Shown in pieces: positions 35,636 through 46,388 of a stretch of DNA of 58,442 bases. Position 1 is the stretch's first letter, and each line of letters begins with the position of its first letter. Origin of the DNA: Fibrobacter sp. (lineage in GTDB: Bacteria; Fibrobacterota; Fibrobacteria; Fibrobacterales; Fibrobacteraceae); the NCBI GenBank assembly GCA_016295375.1, contig JAEDLI010000001.1, forward strand, positions 1-58,442, in the 5' to 3' direction. The position numbers were made by a program, and so were the translations under genes. Below the pieces are notes generated by a model. The model worked only from the letters and a program-made list of their open reading frames with translations. It ran no database searches and was not told where the DNA came from.

Positions 35636-37347
35636 TGCCTTTAGCGTCCGAGACATCGCGGAAAGCGGCATACTTATTCCTGATACTTTGCTGTCTGGCC
35701 GCTTTAGGCTTGGGCGGTTACCAGCTTTATTTGAATATGGCACCTGCGAAGGTGGTGGTACCGGAAGTTCCTTTTGGAATCAAGGCCGGTACTGAATTTA
35801 TGAAAGGCGATTCTCCCGATATGCGTGAGGAGCTGGCATCGCTCCCTATCCAGACTCAAGGTGAAATCCGCCGGGCGACCGAACTGTTCCGTAGTGGGGC
35901 TTATGCCCAGGCAAACGAAATTTTCAATGCAGTGTCGCTGTTGTATCCTGAATCGGTGGTTTCCCTGTGGAACGAAACGAATACTTTGTTTGAAATGGAT
36001 TCCTTGACTGATTTAGAAAGCAACCGGTTGAATTTACTGGTTGGAAAGTTGCAGGGCAGGTATCCGGAGTCGGGGCTTTCTAAGTATCTGGAAAGCCGCA
36101 AGACCTATAAGTCTGGCAACAAGACGGTGGCCCTTGAAATGGCAAAGATTGCCGTGGATCAGGCTCCAACCCTAGTGGAGGCTCGCTTGTGGTTTGCTCG
36201 CCTGTTGAAGGAGAACAATCGCTTGCCTCAGGCAATAGAAGAAGCTCGTACGTCTATAAGCCTTTCGGCAGGGAACGAACCTCGAGGTTATGAATTTTTA
36301 GCTCGTCTTTTCCATGATCAGGGGAACCTGGACAGCTGTTCGTCGCTACTGGATTATGGCTTGACTCAGTACCCCTTGGATGCGGAACTTATGCTTTTGC
36401 GGGGGTACCTTTGGGAATACCAGGGTCGATATGACGAAGCGGAAAAGATTTACCAGCGGATTCTGGCCTTTAGGCCTGATTTCGAGGGAGCGGCACTTGC
36501 CCTTTCTACCGTTGGCGAAAAGACGGTTCCTGGAGCAGGTGGTGGTAAAATTTCTCCTATGGACCGCTCTCAGCTGGCACGGGAAATCCTTGAGCCCTTG
36601 GTTGAAAAGTATCCAGAAAACATGCCTTTGCGAGAGGCTCTTGGGCTTGCTTATTTGAAAGGTCGCGACTACGATCGTGCCCGCATCCAGTTCCGCGAGA
36701 TACAGAACAGGGATCCGGAGTATCCGGATATCCAACAGCGCATTCAGGAATGCAACGTGACTCGTCCGTCGCTCCCTACACAGGGGACAGGACTTGCGGC
36801 AGACTTGAATCGGGCCGTGGATAGCTTGCGAGAGTCCGTTGTTCCTTCATCAACCCACGATTTTTCCACAATGCTCGGCCATTACCTTGTTCGTTACGGT
36901 GCGTCTCCTGCTGAGTTTTTCAAGAAATACGACATCAAGAATTTTAGGCCTGTGAAGAAAAATGTTTGGCAGGAATCCTTCTACGACGCTCCCTACAAGC
37001 ACACCTATACGGTAGTGTTCGATTCCTTGAATCGTTTTCGTGAGGTTCATGTGGTCGTTTACGATTCTTCCAACACGTCTAATCACTTGGGGCTTGCTCC
37101 AGAGGTTTTCACCAGGTTTCTCAAACAGAATTCAAGGATTTCCGGTATCGGAAACAGTACCGGTGAGACGGATTGCGGGGAAGAACTGGTGATTGATGCT
37201 GCGGTCTGGGAAACTCAGGATAACTTTGAAATTCTTGCTCGATTTGTCGGGACGCCTAAAGAAATCCGTATGGTGCGTTTCGACAAGTCCATTCTCCCGG
37301 CAGGCCTCAAACTCTGTGACTACAGCACGTACCTAAAAGAGTTTTGA
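35635..37347 (+). CDS. Membrane-anchored TPR protein
   Basis: N-terminal TM; TPR-like helices (LRGYLWEYQGRYDEAEKIYQRIL, LGLAYLKGRDYDRA). Confidence 0.8.
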   Translation: MPLASETSRKAAYLFLILCCLAALGLGGYQLYLNMAPAKVVVPEVPFGIKAGTEFMKGDSPDMREELASLPIQTQGEIRRATELFRSGAYAQANEIFNAVSLLYPESVVSLWNETNTLFEMDSLTDLESNRLNLLVGKLQGRYPESGLSKYLESRKTYKSGNKTVALEMAKIAVDQAPTLVEARLWFARLLKENNRLPQAIEEARTSISLSAGNEPRGYEFLARLFHDQGNLDSCSSLLDYGLTQYPLDAELMLLRGYLWEYQGRYDEAEKIYQRILAFRPDFEGAALALSTVGEKTVPGAGGGKISPMDRSQLAREILEPLVEKYPENMPLREALGLAYLKGRDYDRARIQFREIQNRDPEYPDIQQRIQECNVTRPSLPTQGTGLAADLNRAVDSLRESVVPSSTHDFSTMLGHYLVRYGASPAEFFKKYDIKNFRPVKKNVWQESFYDAPYKHTYTVVFDSLNRFREVHVVVYDSSNTSNHLGLAPEVFTRFLKQNSRISGIGNSTGETDCGEELVIDAAVWETQDNFEILARFVGTPKEIRMVRFDKSILPAGLKLCDYSTYLKEF

Positions 37348-37412
37348 GTTAATAGTTCAAAGTTACTAGGGATTCCGGTTTAGTAACTAGTAACTAGTAA
37401 CTAATAACTAGT
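37347..37412. repeat. Inverted heptamer array (AGTTACT / TAGTAAC)
   Basis: AGTTAAT-AGTTCAA-AGTTACTAG ... TAGTAAC x3 TAATAAC TAG. Confidence 0.75.
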
Positions 37413-37435
37413 TGCTTTTTTGTATCTTTACTCCT

Positions 37436-39346
37436 ATGCTACGGTTCCGCTACATAGTGCTTGCATTGCTCGCTCTCTTGCTGGAGGGGTGTACTTGCTG
37501 TGCTTACTTGAACCACATGTTCAATGCGGAACGTTTGTATGATGAGGCGGGTGAACTTAGGGAAGCTCGGCTAGACAGCATTCCCGATGAAACGGCGTCT
37601 AGCCCCGGAGCTGAAGAACGCCAGAAATACGACAAGATTATTGAAAAAGGCTCTAGGGTTTTGGAGCGTTTCCCCAACAACAAGAAACGGACCGCCGAGG
37701 CTGTTTTCCTGATTGGTGAATCGTTCCGCCACAAGGGGGAATGGGGAAAGGCCATAGTCAAGTACGATGAGTACGAAAGGTATTTTGCCGATTACGACTC
37801 TATGCGGGCTGTGGAATACCAACGTGCCTACTGCCTTTATCGCAATCACGAATACAATATCAGCCGTTTTGCTCTGGAACCGGTGATTGCAAGTAAGAAC
37901 CACCCGTACTATTTTCAGGGCTTGAACCTGCTTTCGCTTTTAGACGAACAGTCGGAATTCCCGGACCAGGCCATTGCCGCCCTAGAAGCCGTTCTTGCAG
38001 ATACGGCAGGAACGCCCTTCATGCGGGGTAAGGCTCATTTCCGTTTAGCGGGCCTTTACTTCAAGAAAGAAGATTGGGCGAAATCTAGGGAACACTACAC
38101 GGCCAAGGAAATCCAGGAACTGAATGTTCGGGAACGGCAGATGGCCGGTGAACAGGCGGCGGAGTGCTTAGTAAACCAGAAAGAATACCTGAAGGCCGCC
38201 GACGAATACAAGGCTCTTTTCAAGAATCCCGATTACGAGCAGAAACAGCCGGAGTACTTAGTCCGCCTGGGGGAGGTGACCCTGATGGCGGAGCGCTACC
38301 CCGACGCCTTCATTATATTGCGCAAGGTAAATTCGGATTATCCCAAAACGCAGTATGCGGCCCGTAGCTACTACAATATGGGTGATTACGAGCAACAGAA
38401 AACCTTGAATTATGAGCAGGCCGTTATTTATTACGATAGTAGTTATAGTTCCCTGAATTACTGCGATTGGGCTCAAAAGAGCCGGGCTTTAAGCGAAGCA
38501 CTTAAACGCCTGATTGCCATGCGAAATATGAACGATTCGTTGAGCAAGGATTCTGTTCCCAATTTGGATAATTTCTTCGGGACAGAATTCCAGATAGCGG
38601 AGCTTTTCTTGTTTAAGCTTGACCAGGTGGATAGCGCGGTAAACAGGCTGACGGGTATTATTGAGAATTCAAATGATTCTGCGCGGGTGATGCTTGCCAC
38701 GTATGCACGGGCGTTTATCTACGACGAGTACAAGGGTGACGAAGATACCGCTGAAGAACTTTACAAGGAAATCATCGAGAAGTACCCGGGTACGGAATAT
38801 GCCAAGCAGGCTCAGGCGAACCTGGGTATGCGGGTAACCATCAAGACCCGTGATGATGAGGCAAAGGAACGGTATTTGCAAGCAGAAAGCTTGTGGACGG
38901 TGGCGTCAGAAGTGCCGCTGGACCAGATGGAACGGGTGGATTCGGCATATGTTACGGCCTTTACCGCTTTTGACAGCTTGTACAGGGATTATCCCGACAC
39001 CGAATCGGGTGTTCAGGCCCTTTACATGAAGTTCGTGTATTTCCAGATGGATCCGGAGCGAGGAGACAGTGTCGGAGTTGTCTTAAATGAATTACGTTCA
39101 AAACACAGGGATACCCCTTGGGGAAAATACGCAGCCAAGGTTCTGGACCATAGGCTTGCCATTACCGATTCTGAAATTGAGCGGCTTCGCAGGCGTGTGC
39201 AGCAGAGTATAGAACACATTGACCAGATGTCTGCCCAGTATCACGAGTCAATTAACAAGAAGCCCGAAGAAAAGAAGGCTGAGGTCAAGAGCAAGGAAGA
39301 TGAAATCCTTGAGAACACCTACAACAGCATGTATGACTTCGAGTAA
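37436..39346 (+). CDS. TPR-repeat (lipo)protein
   Basis: Signal peptide ending LEG-C; CAYLNHMFNA; many TPR/BamD-like repeats (YP.T.YA). Confidence 0.8.
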   Translation: MLRFRYIVLALLALLLEGCTCCAYLNHMFNAERLYDEAGELREARLDSIPDETASSPGAEERQKYDKIIEKGSRVLERFPNNKKRTAEAVFLIGESFRHKGEWGKAIVKYDEYERYFADYDSMRAVEYQRAYCLYRNHEYNISRFALEPVIASKNHPYYFQGLNLLSLLDEQSEFPDQAIAALEAVLADTAGTPFMRGKAHFRLAGLYFKKEDWAKSREHYTAKEIQELNVRERQMAGEQAAECLVNQKEYLKAADEYKALFKNPDYEQKQPEYLVRLGEVTLMAERYPDAFIILRKVNSDYPKTQYAARSYYNMGDYEQQKTLNYEQAVIYYDSSYSSLNYCDWAQKSRALSEALKRLIAMRNMNDSLSKDSVPNLDNFFGTEFQIAELFLFKLDQVDSAVNRLTGIIENSNDSARVMLATYARAFIYDEYKGDEDTAEELYKEIIEKYPGTEYAKQAQANLGMRVTIKTRDDEAKERYLQAESLWTVASEVPLDQMERVDSAYVTAFTAFDSLYRDYPDTESGVQALYMKFVYFQMDPERGDSVGVVLNELRSKHRDTPWGKYAAKVLDHRLAITDSEIERLRRRVQQSIEHIDQMSAQYHESINKKPEEKKAEVKSKEDEILENTYNSMYDFE

Positions 39347-39797
39347 GTTGGGTGTGCGGTTACGGCTGTCGCTGTGGGCTTTGTGCGTCGGACTTGCATT
39401 TGTTTTGTCGGGCTGTGCGGCTGCCAATGCAAAAATTGCTTCCCGAAAGGGCTATGTCCGTTTTCCTGAAACACATTACGCTTCTAAGGAAAAAGCTGAA
39501 ATCGGAACAAAGCTTCAAGGCGAAGCTAGCTATTACGGCCCGGGATTCCATGGAAAAAAGACAGCCAGCGGCGAGATTTTTAACCAGAACGATTACACTT
39601 GTGCCCACAAGTCTTTGCCATTTGGCACAAAACTGAAGGTGGTTCGGGACGATACGGGGGCTTCGGTGGTGGTGCGGGTCAATGACCGTGGGCCCTATGT
39701 GGACGGTCGAATTTTAGACTTGAGTGTGGCCGCCGGCAAGGATATCGGCCTTGACAAGGTGGGTCACGCCAAGGTCACCGCTACGGTGATTGAATAA
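39333..39797 (+). CDS. rlpA: Septal ring lytic transglycosylase RlpA-family lipoprotein
   Basis: Lipobox LSG-C; GEASYYGPGFHGKKTASGE, AHKSLPFGT and VRVNDRGP..GRILDLS motifs. Confidence 0.93.
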   Translation: MTSSKLGVRLRLSLWALCVGLAFVLSGCAAANAKIASRKGYVRFPETHYASKEKAEIGTKLQGEASYYGPGFHGKKTASGEIFNQNDYTCAHKSLPFGTKLKVVRDDTGASVVVRVNDRGPYVDGRILDLSVAAGKDIGLDKVGHAKVTATVIE

Positions 39798-39899
39798 TAA
39801 TACGCAAAATGTCACTTTTTGACATACTATAGATTCTATATTTACCTGCACAGAAAGACACTTTCTTGTTTGTGTGTCTTTCTTAAAAAAGAGGTCAGT

Positions 39900-40127
39900 A
39901 TGAATCGTAAGTATCGCAGTGAAAACAATGCCCGCTCCGTAGAACTTCCTGAAAAATCCCCTTGGGATTCCGGTTTTTCCATATTCCGGCGCCGCATCAA
40001 CGAACAGCTCCAGCTGGGCGGGGTAGATAGCAGTTTTGTAGATGACGATATGCTTTTGCCCTTTTATCGCACTGGTGAAAGCGAAATATATGTGCTGGGC
40101 GCCCTCGGTTGCCCTGTAGGGGTGTGA
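39900..40127 (+). CDS. Small hypothetical protein
   Basis: 75-aa ORF with GAGGT RBS before the ATG. Confidence 0.5.
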   Translation: MNRKYRSENNARSVELPEKSPWDSGFSIFRRRINEQLQLGGVDSSFVDDDMLLPFYRTGESEIYVLGALGCPVGV

Positions 40128-40967
40128 TTACTTCCGGTTTACGCGGAACAGCAACTGGAATGAATTCATCACGTGATTGTGATGGTAGTAGTTTTCGTAG
40201 TCCTCTTCGCCTTCCATGTCATCTCCGGAGGCAATGCCGAGGATTTGCCATTTCAGGGCGAAACCGACGTAGGTCCTTTCCGAAACCTTCCAGTCCTTTC
40301 CGATTTCGAGATTCATGGCGAAGGCGAACCAGTCCTTGCTTTGGCTATTGTCGCGAATGTCAAAGTAGTAAGGGTCGTTCAGCAAAATGATTCCCATCAG
40401 TAGGTCGGCATTGATGAATGTCCCGCCCATAAAGGAATTTGGCTTGCTGTGCAGCCAAGGGAAGAACGTGATTCCTGCACCACCCAAGATAGTTGTTGTT
40501 TCAAGGTCGTTACCAAAGGCGTCGTTATCGTTTCCGCTTCTCTGGTAGTATCCGCCGTTGAGTACGGGTCGCTCCCGAATCCCGTTTTCCAAATCGTACT
40601 CTCCGTTGGTTATGGAAAAGTCGAAAATTCCATGGACGGCGATAAGCTCCTTGAAGAGAAAGCCTAACGAAAGTTCCCCTGCGATACCCGCCCCGTTACC
40701 GTCATACTGGGTGTGTTCATCGTAATAGCGGTGGTCGTAATAGATGTAGGAGTAATCAAATCCCAGGCCGCCGTTCAGGTAGAAACTGCTCCGCCTTTTT
40801 TGGCGTTTTTCCTTTGCAGATTGGTCGGGATTGTCTTGGGCTTGCAGAGCCTCCGCCTGCGCAGGAGTCACCACTTGGATTACATAAACGGTGTCCTGGG
40901 CAAAAGCAGTACCGCTGACGAGAAATATCGCCATAGCAAAAAGAATCGTATGCAAAATCTTTCTCAT
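40128..40967 (-). CDS. Putative outer-membrane beta-barrel protein
   Basis: Signal peptide; alternating aromatic/hydrophobic beta strands (FYLNGGLGFDYSY, YVGFALKWQ). Confidence 0.7.
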   Translation of the reverse strand: MRKILHTILFAMAIFLVSGTAFAQDTVYVIQVVTPAQAEALQAQDNPDQSAKEKRQKRRSSFYLNGGLGFDYSYIYYDHRYYDEHTQYDGNGAGIAGELSLGFLFKELIAVHGIFDFSITNGEYDLENGIRERPVLNGGYYQRSGNDNDAFGNDLETTTILGGAGITFFPWLHSKPNSFMGGTFINADLLMGIILLNDPYYFDIRDNSQSKDWFAFAMNLEIGKDWKVSERTYVGFALKWQILGIASGDDMEGEEDYENYYHHNHVMNSFQLLFRVNRK

Positions 40968-41003
40968 GTACCCCTACACTTCCTGGAAAGATAGAACAAA
41001 AAT

Positions 41004-41909
41004 CTATTTGGCCTTGTAGCTTACAAAACGAATGTTGTCGCAATAATCCTTGTGGGCGCCTGAAAATTCCAGCCAGGGGTAGTTTGCGGCTTCGTTTTTC
41101 AGGATTTCGGCCTGTTCCGACCCGATTTCCAGAAGAATACTTGCGCCAGTGTTCATCTTGTCTTCGGTCTGGGAAAGTAGCTTGCGCACCAGGTCAAGTC
41201 CGTCGGGTCCGCCGTACAGTGCCAGCGCCGGATCGAACTTGTCCACTTCTGGCTGAAGCTTGCCTTTCTCTCCGTCGGGGATGTAGGGGAGGTTCGCTAT
41301 CAGGCAGTCTATCTTTGTGGAGGCTTCGCCGAACACATCGCCGGTGGCCTTCTTGATTGCCTCGAGTGTAACGGCGTCCAGCAGGTCGCCTTTGGCAAAG
41401 TTGAGCATGTCGCCCAGACCGTTGGCCTGTGCGTTTTCACGGGCAAGGGCCAGGGCATCTTCGGAAATGTCGGTGGCAAGAACCTTTGCGCCTTCGATTT
41501 CTTTAGCGCAGGCAATTGAGATAGCGCCTGTGCCAGTCCCGATTTCCACGACAAAAGGATTCTCGATTCCTTTCAGGGCGTCTTTCGCCATATCTACCAG
41601 AGATTCGGTCTCCGGGCGGGGAATCAGGGCCCGAGGGTCACACTTGATGACAAACCCACGAAAGCTGGTATCGCCGATAATGTGCTGTAAGGGTTCTCGG
41701 TTTCCACGGCGGGCCACCAGCGGGCGCAAGATGTCCAGTTCCGCAGGGGTCAGGGGCTTCTCGAAATTCAGGTACAGTTCCATACGGTTCTTCATCTTGA
41801 GACCGTGGCTGATGATGTACTGGGCGTCCAGCAGCGGGTCGGGCACACCCTTCTTTTCGAAGAATACCTTGGTGCGGTTCAAGATTTCAAGCACTGTCAT
41901 CTGCGGCAT
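41004..41909 (-). CDS. prmC: Release factor glutamine methyltransferase
   Basis: EPLQHIIG, ALIPRPETE, EIGTGTGAI, ANLPYI and ALYGGPDGL motifs; directly downstream of prfA. Confidence 0.95.
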   Translation of the reverse strand: MPQMTVLEILNRTKVFFEKKGVPDPLLDAQYIISHGLKMKNRMELYLNFEKPLTPAELDILRPLVARRGNREPLQHIIGDTSFRGFVIKCDPRALIPRPETESLVDMAKDALKGIENPFVVEIGTGTGAISIACAKEIEGAKVLATDISEDALALARENAQANGLGDMLNFAKGDLLDAVTLEAIKKATGDVFGEASTKIDCLIANLPYIPDGEKGKLQPEVDKFDPALALYGGPDGLDLVRKLLSQTEDKMNTGASILLEIGSEQAEILKNEAANYPWLEFSGAHKDYCDNIRFVSYKAK

Positions 41910-41915
41910 TTTATT

Positions 41916-41940
41916 GTCATGCCCGGCTTGACCGGGCATC
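41916..41940. repeat. REP-like element between prfA and prmC
   Basis: GTCATGCCCGG-CTTGA-CCGGGCATC. Confidence 0.75.
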
Positions 41941-41944
41941 TCCA

Positions 41945-43012
41945 TTACGCGTTAAATTTCCCCAGTTTCTCTTGGGCGTTGGCCATTTGGAGCCCGTTGA
42001 TGATTTCGTCCAGGTCGCCGGTGATGACCTTGTCCAGGTTATAGAGCGTAAGGCCGATACGGTGGTCGGTGACGCGGTTCTGCGGAAAATTGTAGGTGCG
42101 GATTTTGGCACTGCGGTCGCCGGTACCTACCAGGGCCTTGCGGCTGGCCGCTTCTTCCTGTTCCTTCTTCGCAATCACGGCGTCCAGAATCTTGGAACGG
42201 AGCATTTCCATGGCGTGAAGTCTGTTCTGCAACTGGCTGCGTTCCGTCTGGCAGCTCACCACCACGCCGGTGGGAATGTGGGTCAGGCGAACGGCGGAGT
42301 CCGTCTTGTTGATGTACTGACCGCCAGCACCCGAAGAGCGGTAGGTGTCCATGTGGATGTCCGCTTCGCGGATTTCTACGTCTACTTCTTCGGCTTCGGG
42401 GAGAATGGCCACTGTCGCAGCGGAGGTATGCACGCGGCCCTGGGCTTCGGTTTCGGGCACGCGTTGTACGCGGTGCACGCCGCTTTCGAATTTCAAGGTA
42501 CCATAGACGCTATCGCCTTCGATGAACACCCGGATTTCCTTGTAGCCGCCCACGGTGCCTTCGCTGGCGTCCTGGATGGTCATTTTCCAGCCCATGCGGC
42601 TGCAATAGCCTTGGTACATGCGGAACAGGTCGCCAGCAAAGAGGGCCGACTCGTCACCACCGGTACCGCCACGGATTTCGAGAGTGGCGTTGCGGTAGTC
42701 CCAGGGGTCCTTGGGGACCATCAGAATCTGTAGTTCGTCGGTGACGCCGGGCAGTTTCTTTTCGATGTCCGAAAGTTCGGACTTGGCCATGGCCACCATT
42801 TCGGGGTCGGAATCGCCAAGAGCCGCTTTCCATTCTTCTTGGTCATTAAGTATCTGCAGGTATTCCTTGGCCTTTGCTACGGCCTTTTCGATACCCTTGT
42901 ACTGCTTGTGGATCTTGTTGTAACGGGCCTGGTCGGCGAGAACCTCCGGGTTCCCCAGCTCCGATTCCAGTTCCTCGTATTTTTCAATCAGTTTTTTTGC
43001 CTTGTCTTTCAT
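41945..43012 (-). CDS. prfA: Peptide chain release factor 1
   Basis: GGQ motif (SSGAGGQYIN), PET motif (VQRVPETE) and IRTYNFPQNRVTDHRI. Confidence 0.97.
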   Translation of the reverse strand: MKDKAKKLIEKYEELESELGNPEVLADQARYNKIHKQYKGIEKAVAKAKEYLQILNDQEEWKAALGDSDPEMVAMAKSELSDIEKKLPGVTDELQILMVPKDPWDYRNATLEIRGGTGGDESALFAGDLFRMYQGYCSRMGWKMTIQDASEGTVGGYKEIRVFIEGDSVYGTLKFESGVHRVQRVPETEAQGRVHTSAATVAILPEAEEVDVEIREADIHMDTYRSSGAGGQYINKTDSAVRLTHIPTGVVVSCQTERSQLQNRLHAMEMLRSKILDAVIAKKEQEEAASRKALVGTGDRSAKIRTYNFPQNRVTDHRIGLTLYNLDKVITGDLDEIINGLQMANAQEKLGKFNA

Positions 43013-43059
43013 CGGGCACAAATGTAGAAAAAAGGACGGTAAATTCTATATTGTCCTCT

Positions 43060-43872
43060 ATGCAGGTGACCCCAATCGGCACATTTTACGGTGATGCAGT
43101 TTATAAGTACGACGCTCCTCGGCAGGGGAAGCTCTTTGCGGGGCATCCGGGCCGTATCGAGTTGAATGCGGGGCAGAACTTTGAGATGGCGCTCCGTGAC
43201 CTGGAAGGTTTCGAACGCATCTGGGTCATATTCCTGTTCCACGAAAATGAAGGCTGGCGCCCGACGACGCGCCCGCCGGTGCCGCCCAAAGGCAAAGACC
43301 GGGTGGGAACTTTTGCGAGCCGTAGCCCTTACCGCCCGAACCCCATCGGACTCTCTTGCGTGCGGCTTTTGAAAGTTGATGGTCTTACTTTGTATGTGGA
43401 CGAAGCGGACCTGCTGAATGGTACTCCGGTGCTGGACATCAAACCCTACATCCCGATGGCGGATGCCTTTCCCGATGCCAAGGCGGGCTGGGTGGAGGAA
43501 CAGGAGGGGGAACCGTGGACAGTAGAATCGTCTGAAACCTTTGCCGCACAGGCCCGCTGGATTGCGGAACACAGTGACTTTGATTTGAAAAGTTTTGCCC
43601 GTGTGCAGCTTTCCCATGGGAATTTCTCCAAAGATGTTTTTGACAGTTCGCGCCGCCGCCTGACCATCGATGAAATTGCAAAAACCGGTGTGCTTGCCTA
43701 CCGCACCTTCCGAATTCATTTTTTCTATGATGAAGCCGCCAACAAGGTTGTTTTACAACAAATTAGCAGTGGCTATACGGACGAAGAATTGAAATATGAG
43801 GCCGAAGACAAATACGGGGATAAGCAGATTCATCGAGAATTTCTATCTGCTAAGATTCAGCCTATTGCGTAA
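43060..43872 (+). CDS. tsaA: tRNA (t6A37) N6-methyltransferase TrmO/TsaA
   Basis: APRQG, LEGFERIWVIFLFH, GTFASRSPYRPNPIGLS and DLLNGTPVLDIKPY motifs. Confidence 0.9.
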   Translation: MQVTPIGTFYGDAVYKYDAPRQGKLFAGHPGRIELNAGQNFEMALRDLEGFERIWVIFLFHENEGWRPTTRPPVPPKGKDRVGTFASRSPYRPNPIGLSCVRLLKVDGLTLYVDEADLLNGTPVLDIKPYIPMADAFPDAKAGWVEEQEGEPWTVESSETFAAQARWIAEHSDFDLKSFARVQLSHGNFSKDVFDSSRRRLTIDEIAKTGVLAYRTFRIHFFYDEAANKVVLQQISSGYTDEELKYEAEDKYGDKQIHREFLSAKIQPIA

Positions 43873-44030
43873 ATAAAAAATTACACGGGCTAAAATTCCT
43901 TGAAAAGTGTTCTCTAAACGTTCCCTAATTGCATTTGTTTCTTTTGTTAGAAAAAAAATATATTGTGTCTTGTTTTGTTTTGCGCTTTTTTTATTATTTT
44001 TAAGGCAACTAAAAACCAAAGGAGTTCTCT

Positions 44031-45344
44031 ATGAATTTGAAATCCGCTTTCGCTTTGCTCGCCGTTGGCACCTTCCTGGCTGCTTGCGGTGCTGACGAAG
44101 TTGTCAACATTAACGACGAAGCCAAGGACAAGGCGACTATCACCCTGAAAGTGATGGACAACCACGATGGTTCCGCCATCGAGGGTGCCACCGTCTATTC
44201 CGTCGTAGACGACGAATCCGTGAAGTCCGACGAGCTTGGCCTATCTATCTGGGAAAAGCAGGTGCTTGGCACTCACGCCTTCCAGATTTCCAAGGAAGGT
44301 TACGCCACCATTCTTACGGCGGTGACTTTGGAAGAACAGGGACAGGGCAACGTGGCCCGCGTCGGTGACGAAATTGTTCCGGTGGAAATGTACAAGACTG
44401 GCGTGACTGCCAGCGGCACAGTCCTCTACACGGATGACAAGGGAAATAGGGTCGCGGCCCAGGAAGTGACGGTGTATGCCTCCCTGCCTTCCTCCTTTGT
44501 TCCGTCGGAACTTTCTACCAAGACCGACAAGAACGGCGAGTACAAGTTCGAAGACCTCCCTGAAGGTGTTGAAATCGACATTTCGGTGGGCCAGGCTTCC
44601 TTTGACAAGAAGAATTATGCTGTCGTGGGTGAAACCACTGTCGGGGGTTCTACTTACAGGGCTGGCGATGCCATCAAGGTTCCTCTAATCAGCATGAGCA
44701 AGGTGGCCGGTCAGCTGGTGCTTGTTTCCAGCAACTTGGACAAGATTGATTCCAACTCGTCTGTCACCCTGACATTCTCCGCAGAACTGGTTGCGGACTC
44801 TGTGAAGACCAGCAAGTGGAGCGTTGAAGATAGAAACGGCCGCGACCAGATGGTGTCCGTGTCCCTGAGTTCCGACAAGAAGTCCATTACCATCAAGTTG
44901 ATTGATGGCTTCTGGAGCAAGACCTCCACTTACTATGTTGAAGGCCATGCCTATTCTACCGAAGGTGCTTCTGTAGATGTGAATAAGAATTTCAAAGTCG
45001 GAGCCTCCGGAGCTGGCGCTGTTCCTGAAAATGTTACATTGAAGGCTACAGCCGATGAAGATTATCCCGAGACTCGGGTTGTCCTGACATGGACTGCTCC
45101 TAAAGGCGCTGTGAGCGGTTATACCTTGTGGTACAAGAATGTCACTCAGAAAATGAGTGCTTATGAGGTTGTCAATTCTAGTTATTATACCTTGAGCACT
45201 CTTGATTCGAAGGTGACTGTTCGCTTGACTTATCTTGGAGAGGAAAAAGACAAACTTTCTTTCAAACTGATTCCTTACAACACCAATGGCACTGCTGATG
45301 TGACCAAGGCCAAGGCTGTGGAATACACCATCCCGGAGTTGTAG
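44031..45344 (+). CDS. Lipoprotein with beta-sandwich (carboxypeptidase-regulatory/Ig/FN3-like) domains
   Basis: Lipobox LAA-C; TDKNGEYKFEDLP and LTWTAP..GY motifs; GGAG RBS. Confidence 0.8.
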   Translation: MNLKSAFALLAVGTFLAACGADEVVNINDEAKDKATITLKVMDNHDGSAIEGATVYSVVDDESVKSDELGLSIWEKQVLGTHAFQISKEGYATILTAVTLEEQGQGNVARVGDEIVPVEMYKTGVTASGTVLYTDDKGNRVAAQEVTVYASLPSSFVPSELSTKTDKNGEYKFEDLPEGVEIDISVGQASFDKKNYAVVGETTVGGSTYRAGDAIKVPLISMSKVAGQLVLVSSNLDKIDSNSSVTLTFSAELVADSVKTSKWSVEDRNGRDQMVSVSLSSDKKSITIKLIDGFWSKTSTYYVEGHAYSTEGASVDVNKNFKVGASGAGAVPENVTLKATADEDYPETRVVLTWTAPKGAVSGYTLWYKNVTQKMSAYEVVNSSYYTLSTLDSKVTVRLTYLGEEKDKLSFKLIPYNTNGTADVTKAKAVEYTIPEL

Positions 45345-45536
45345 TACCCCTCGATTGAGTTCAATGAAGATTCCAGCATTGTTGGAACTATAGTTGAAAT
45401 TTGGCTCCAGGCCTTGTGCCTGGGCCTTTTTGTTGTCCTAGTCCCTGTGTGCTTTTGACCTTCGGGGTGATTGAACCGATGAAAACAGGGGTGTCACCTA
45501 ACTTTGTAAGGCCTTGTAAAAAAGTATATTTGTCGT

Positions 45537-46388
45537 ATGAGTACCAGATTGATGTCTTGGCTTGGTTTGTTACTGCTTTGCTTATCACTTCTTCTGCAGG
45601 CCTGTGCAGGCTCCGGTGGTGGTGAGGGAGGTTCTGCAGGTGATTCCGGCATGGGAGATGTCCCTTGCACCGAATGCGGGGAACGGGGCGAAATCAAGCT
45701 TAAGATTTCCAAGGAAAAGTTTTACCGGGAATGGAACGAGGCTGCCTACGGCCGTCTGGATTCCACAGCCGTGGTTGGCGTGTTGCCCACCATGAAGGTG
45801 ACGGCTGGCCGTCCGGAAACTTGCCGTATGTGTCACAGCTATAGTGCAGACGCCTTGGACTTTGACCTGGCCCGCATTGAGGATTCCTTGTTCGTGAAGG
45901 CATTCCCGAAGATGCGTCGGGAGCTGTTGCTGCCCGGCATGCGCCTGCCGGAATCGGACACCCTGTACATGGACAGCCTTTCGGCCCTGCTTTTGCAGAC
46001 GGAATTTACCGACGGCAAAAAGCTGGAAGATTTTACGCCCTGGCAGGAGCGGGATAGCGTGGAGCAGAAACTGGTCCGCGAGCCGCCCCTGGCCCTGCGG
46101 AACTTGCTGAACGAACTGGCCAGTCGGTACGAACTGCGTTATGTTTCTATGCCGGTGCGGCTGGACGTGTATATGGATCCGGACCTGGGAAGCAGTGGCG
46201 GTTACACCTGGAAGATTCTCTGGAGTCTTTGGGACGCCCGTTATGGAGAGTTGTTGTTCTTGGTTTATTCTGAATTTACCGCTGAGACAACCAGCCGTGT
46301 AGCTCCCGAAAAGGAGTGGGCCGTACCCTTCGCCCCCCGCCTCTGGAAGATGTTTTCGACGAATTTAAAAAGTATAGAGAATCATTAA
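45537..46388 (+). CDS. Hypothetical lipoprotein
   Basis: Lipobox LQA-C, Gly linker, and CxxC/CxxCH motifs. Confidence 0.7.
   Translation: MSTRLMSWLGLLLLCLSLLLQACAGSGGGEGGSAGDSGMGDVPCTECGERGEIKLKISKEKFYREWNEAAYGRLDSTAVVGVLPTMKVTAGRPETCRMCHSYSADALDFDLARIEDSLFVKAFPKMRRELLLPGMRLPESDTLYMDSLSALLLQTEFTDGKKLEDFTPWQERDSVEQKLVREPPLALRNLLNELASRYELRYVSMPVRLDVYMDPDLGSSGGYTWKILWSLWDARYGELLFLVYSEFTAETTSRVAPEKEWAVPFAPRLWKMFSTNLKSIENH

Noticed and set aside
41910..41945. N-terminal extension MEMPGQAGHDNK on PrmC
   Set aside because: It is the translated REP palindrome. The downstream ATG at 41909 (or 41900) is the more plausible start, though translational coupling through the REP cannot be excluded.
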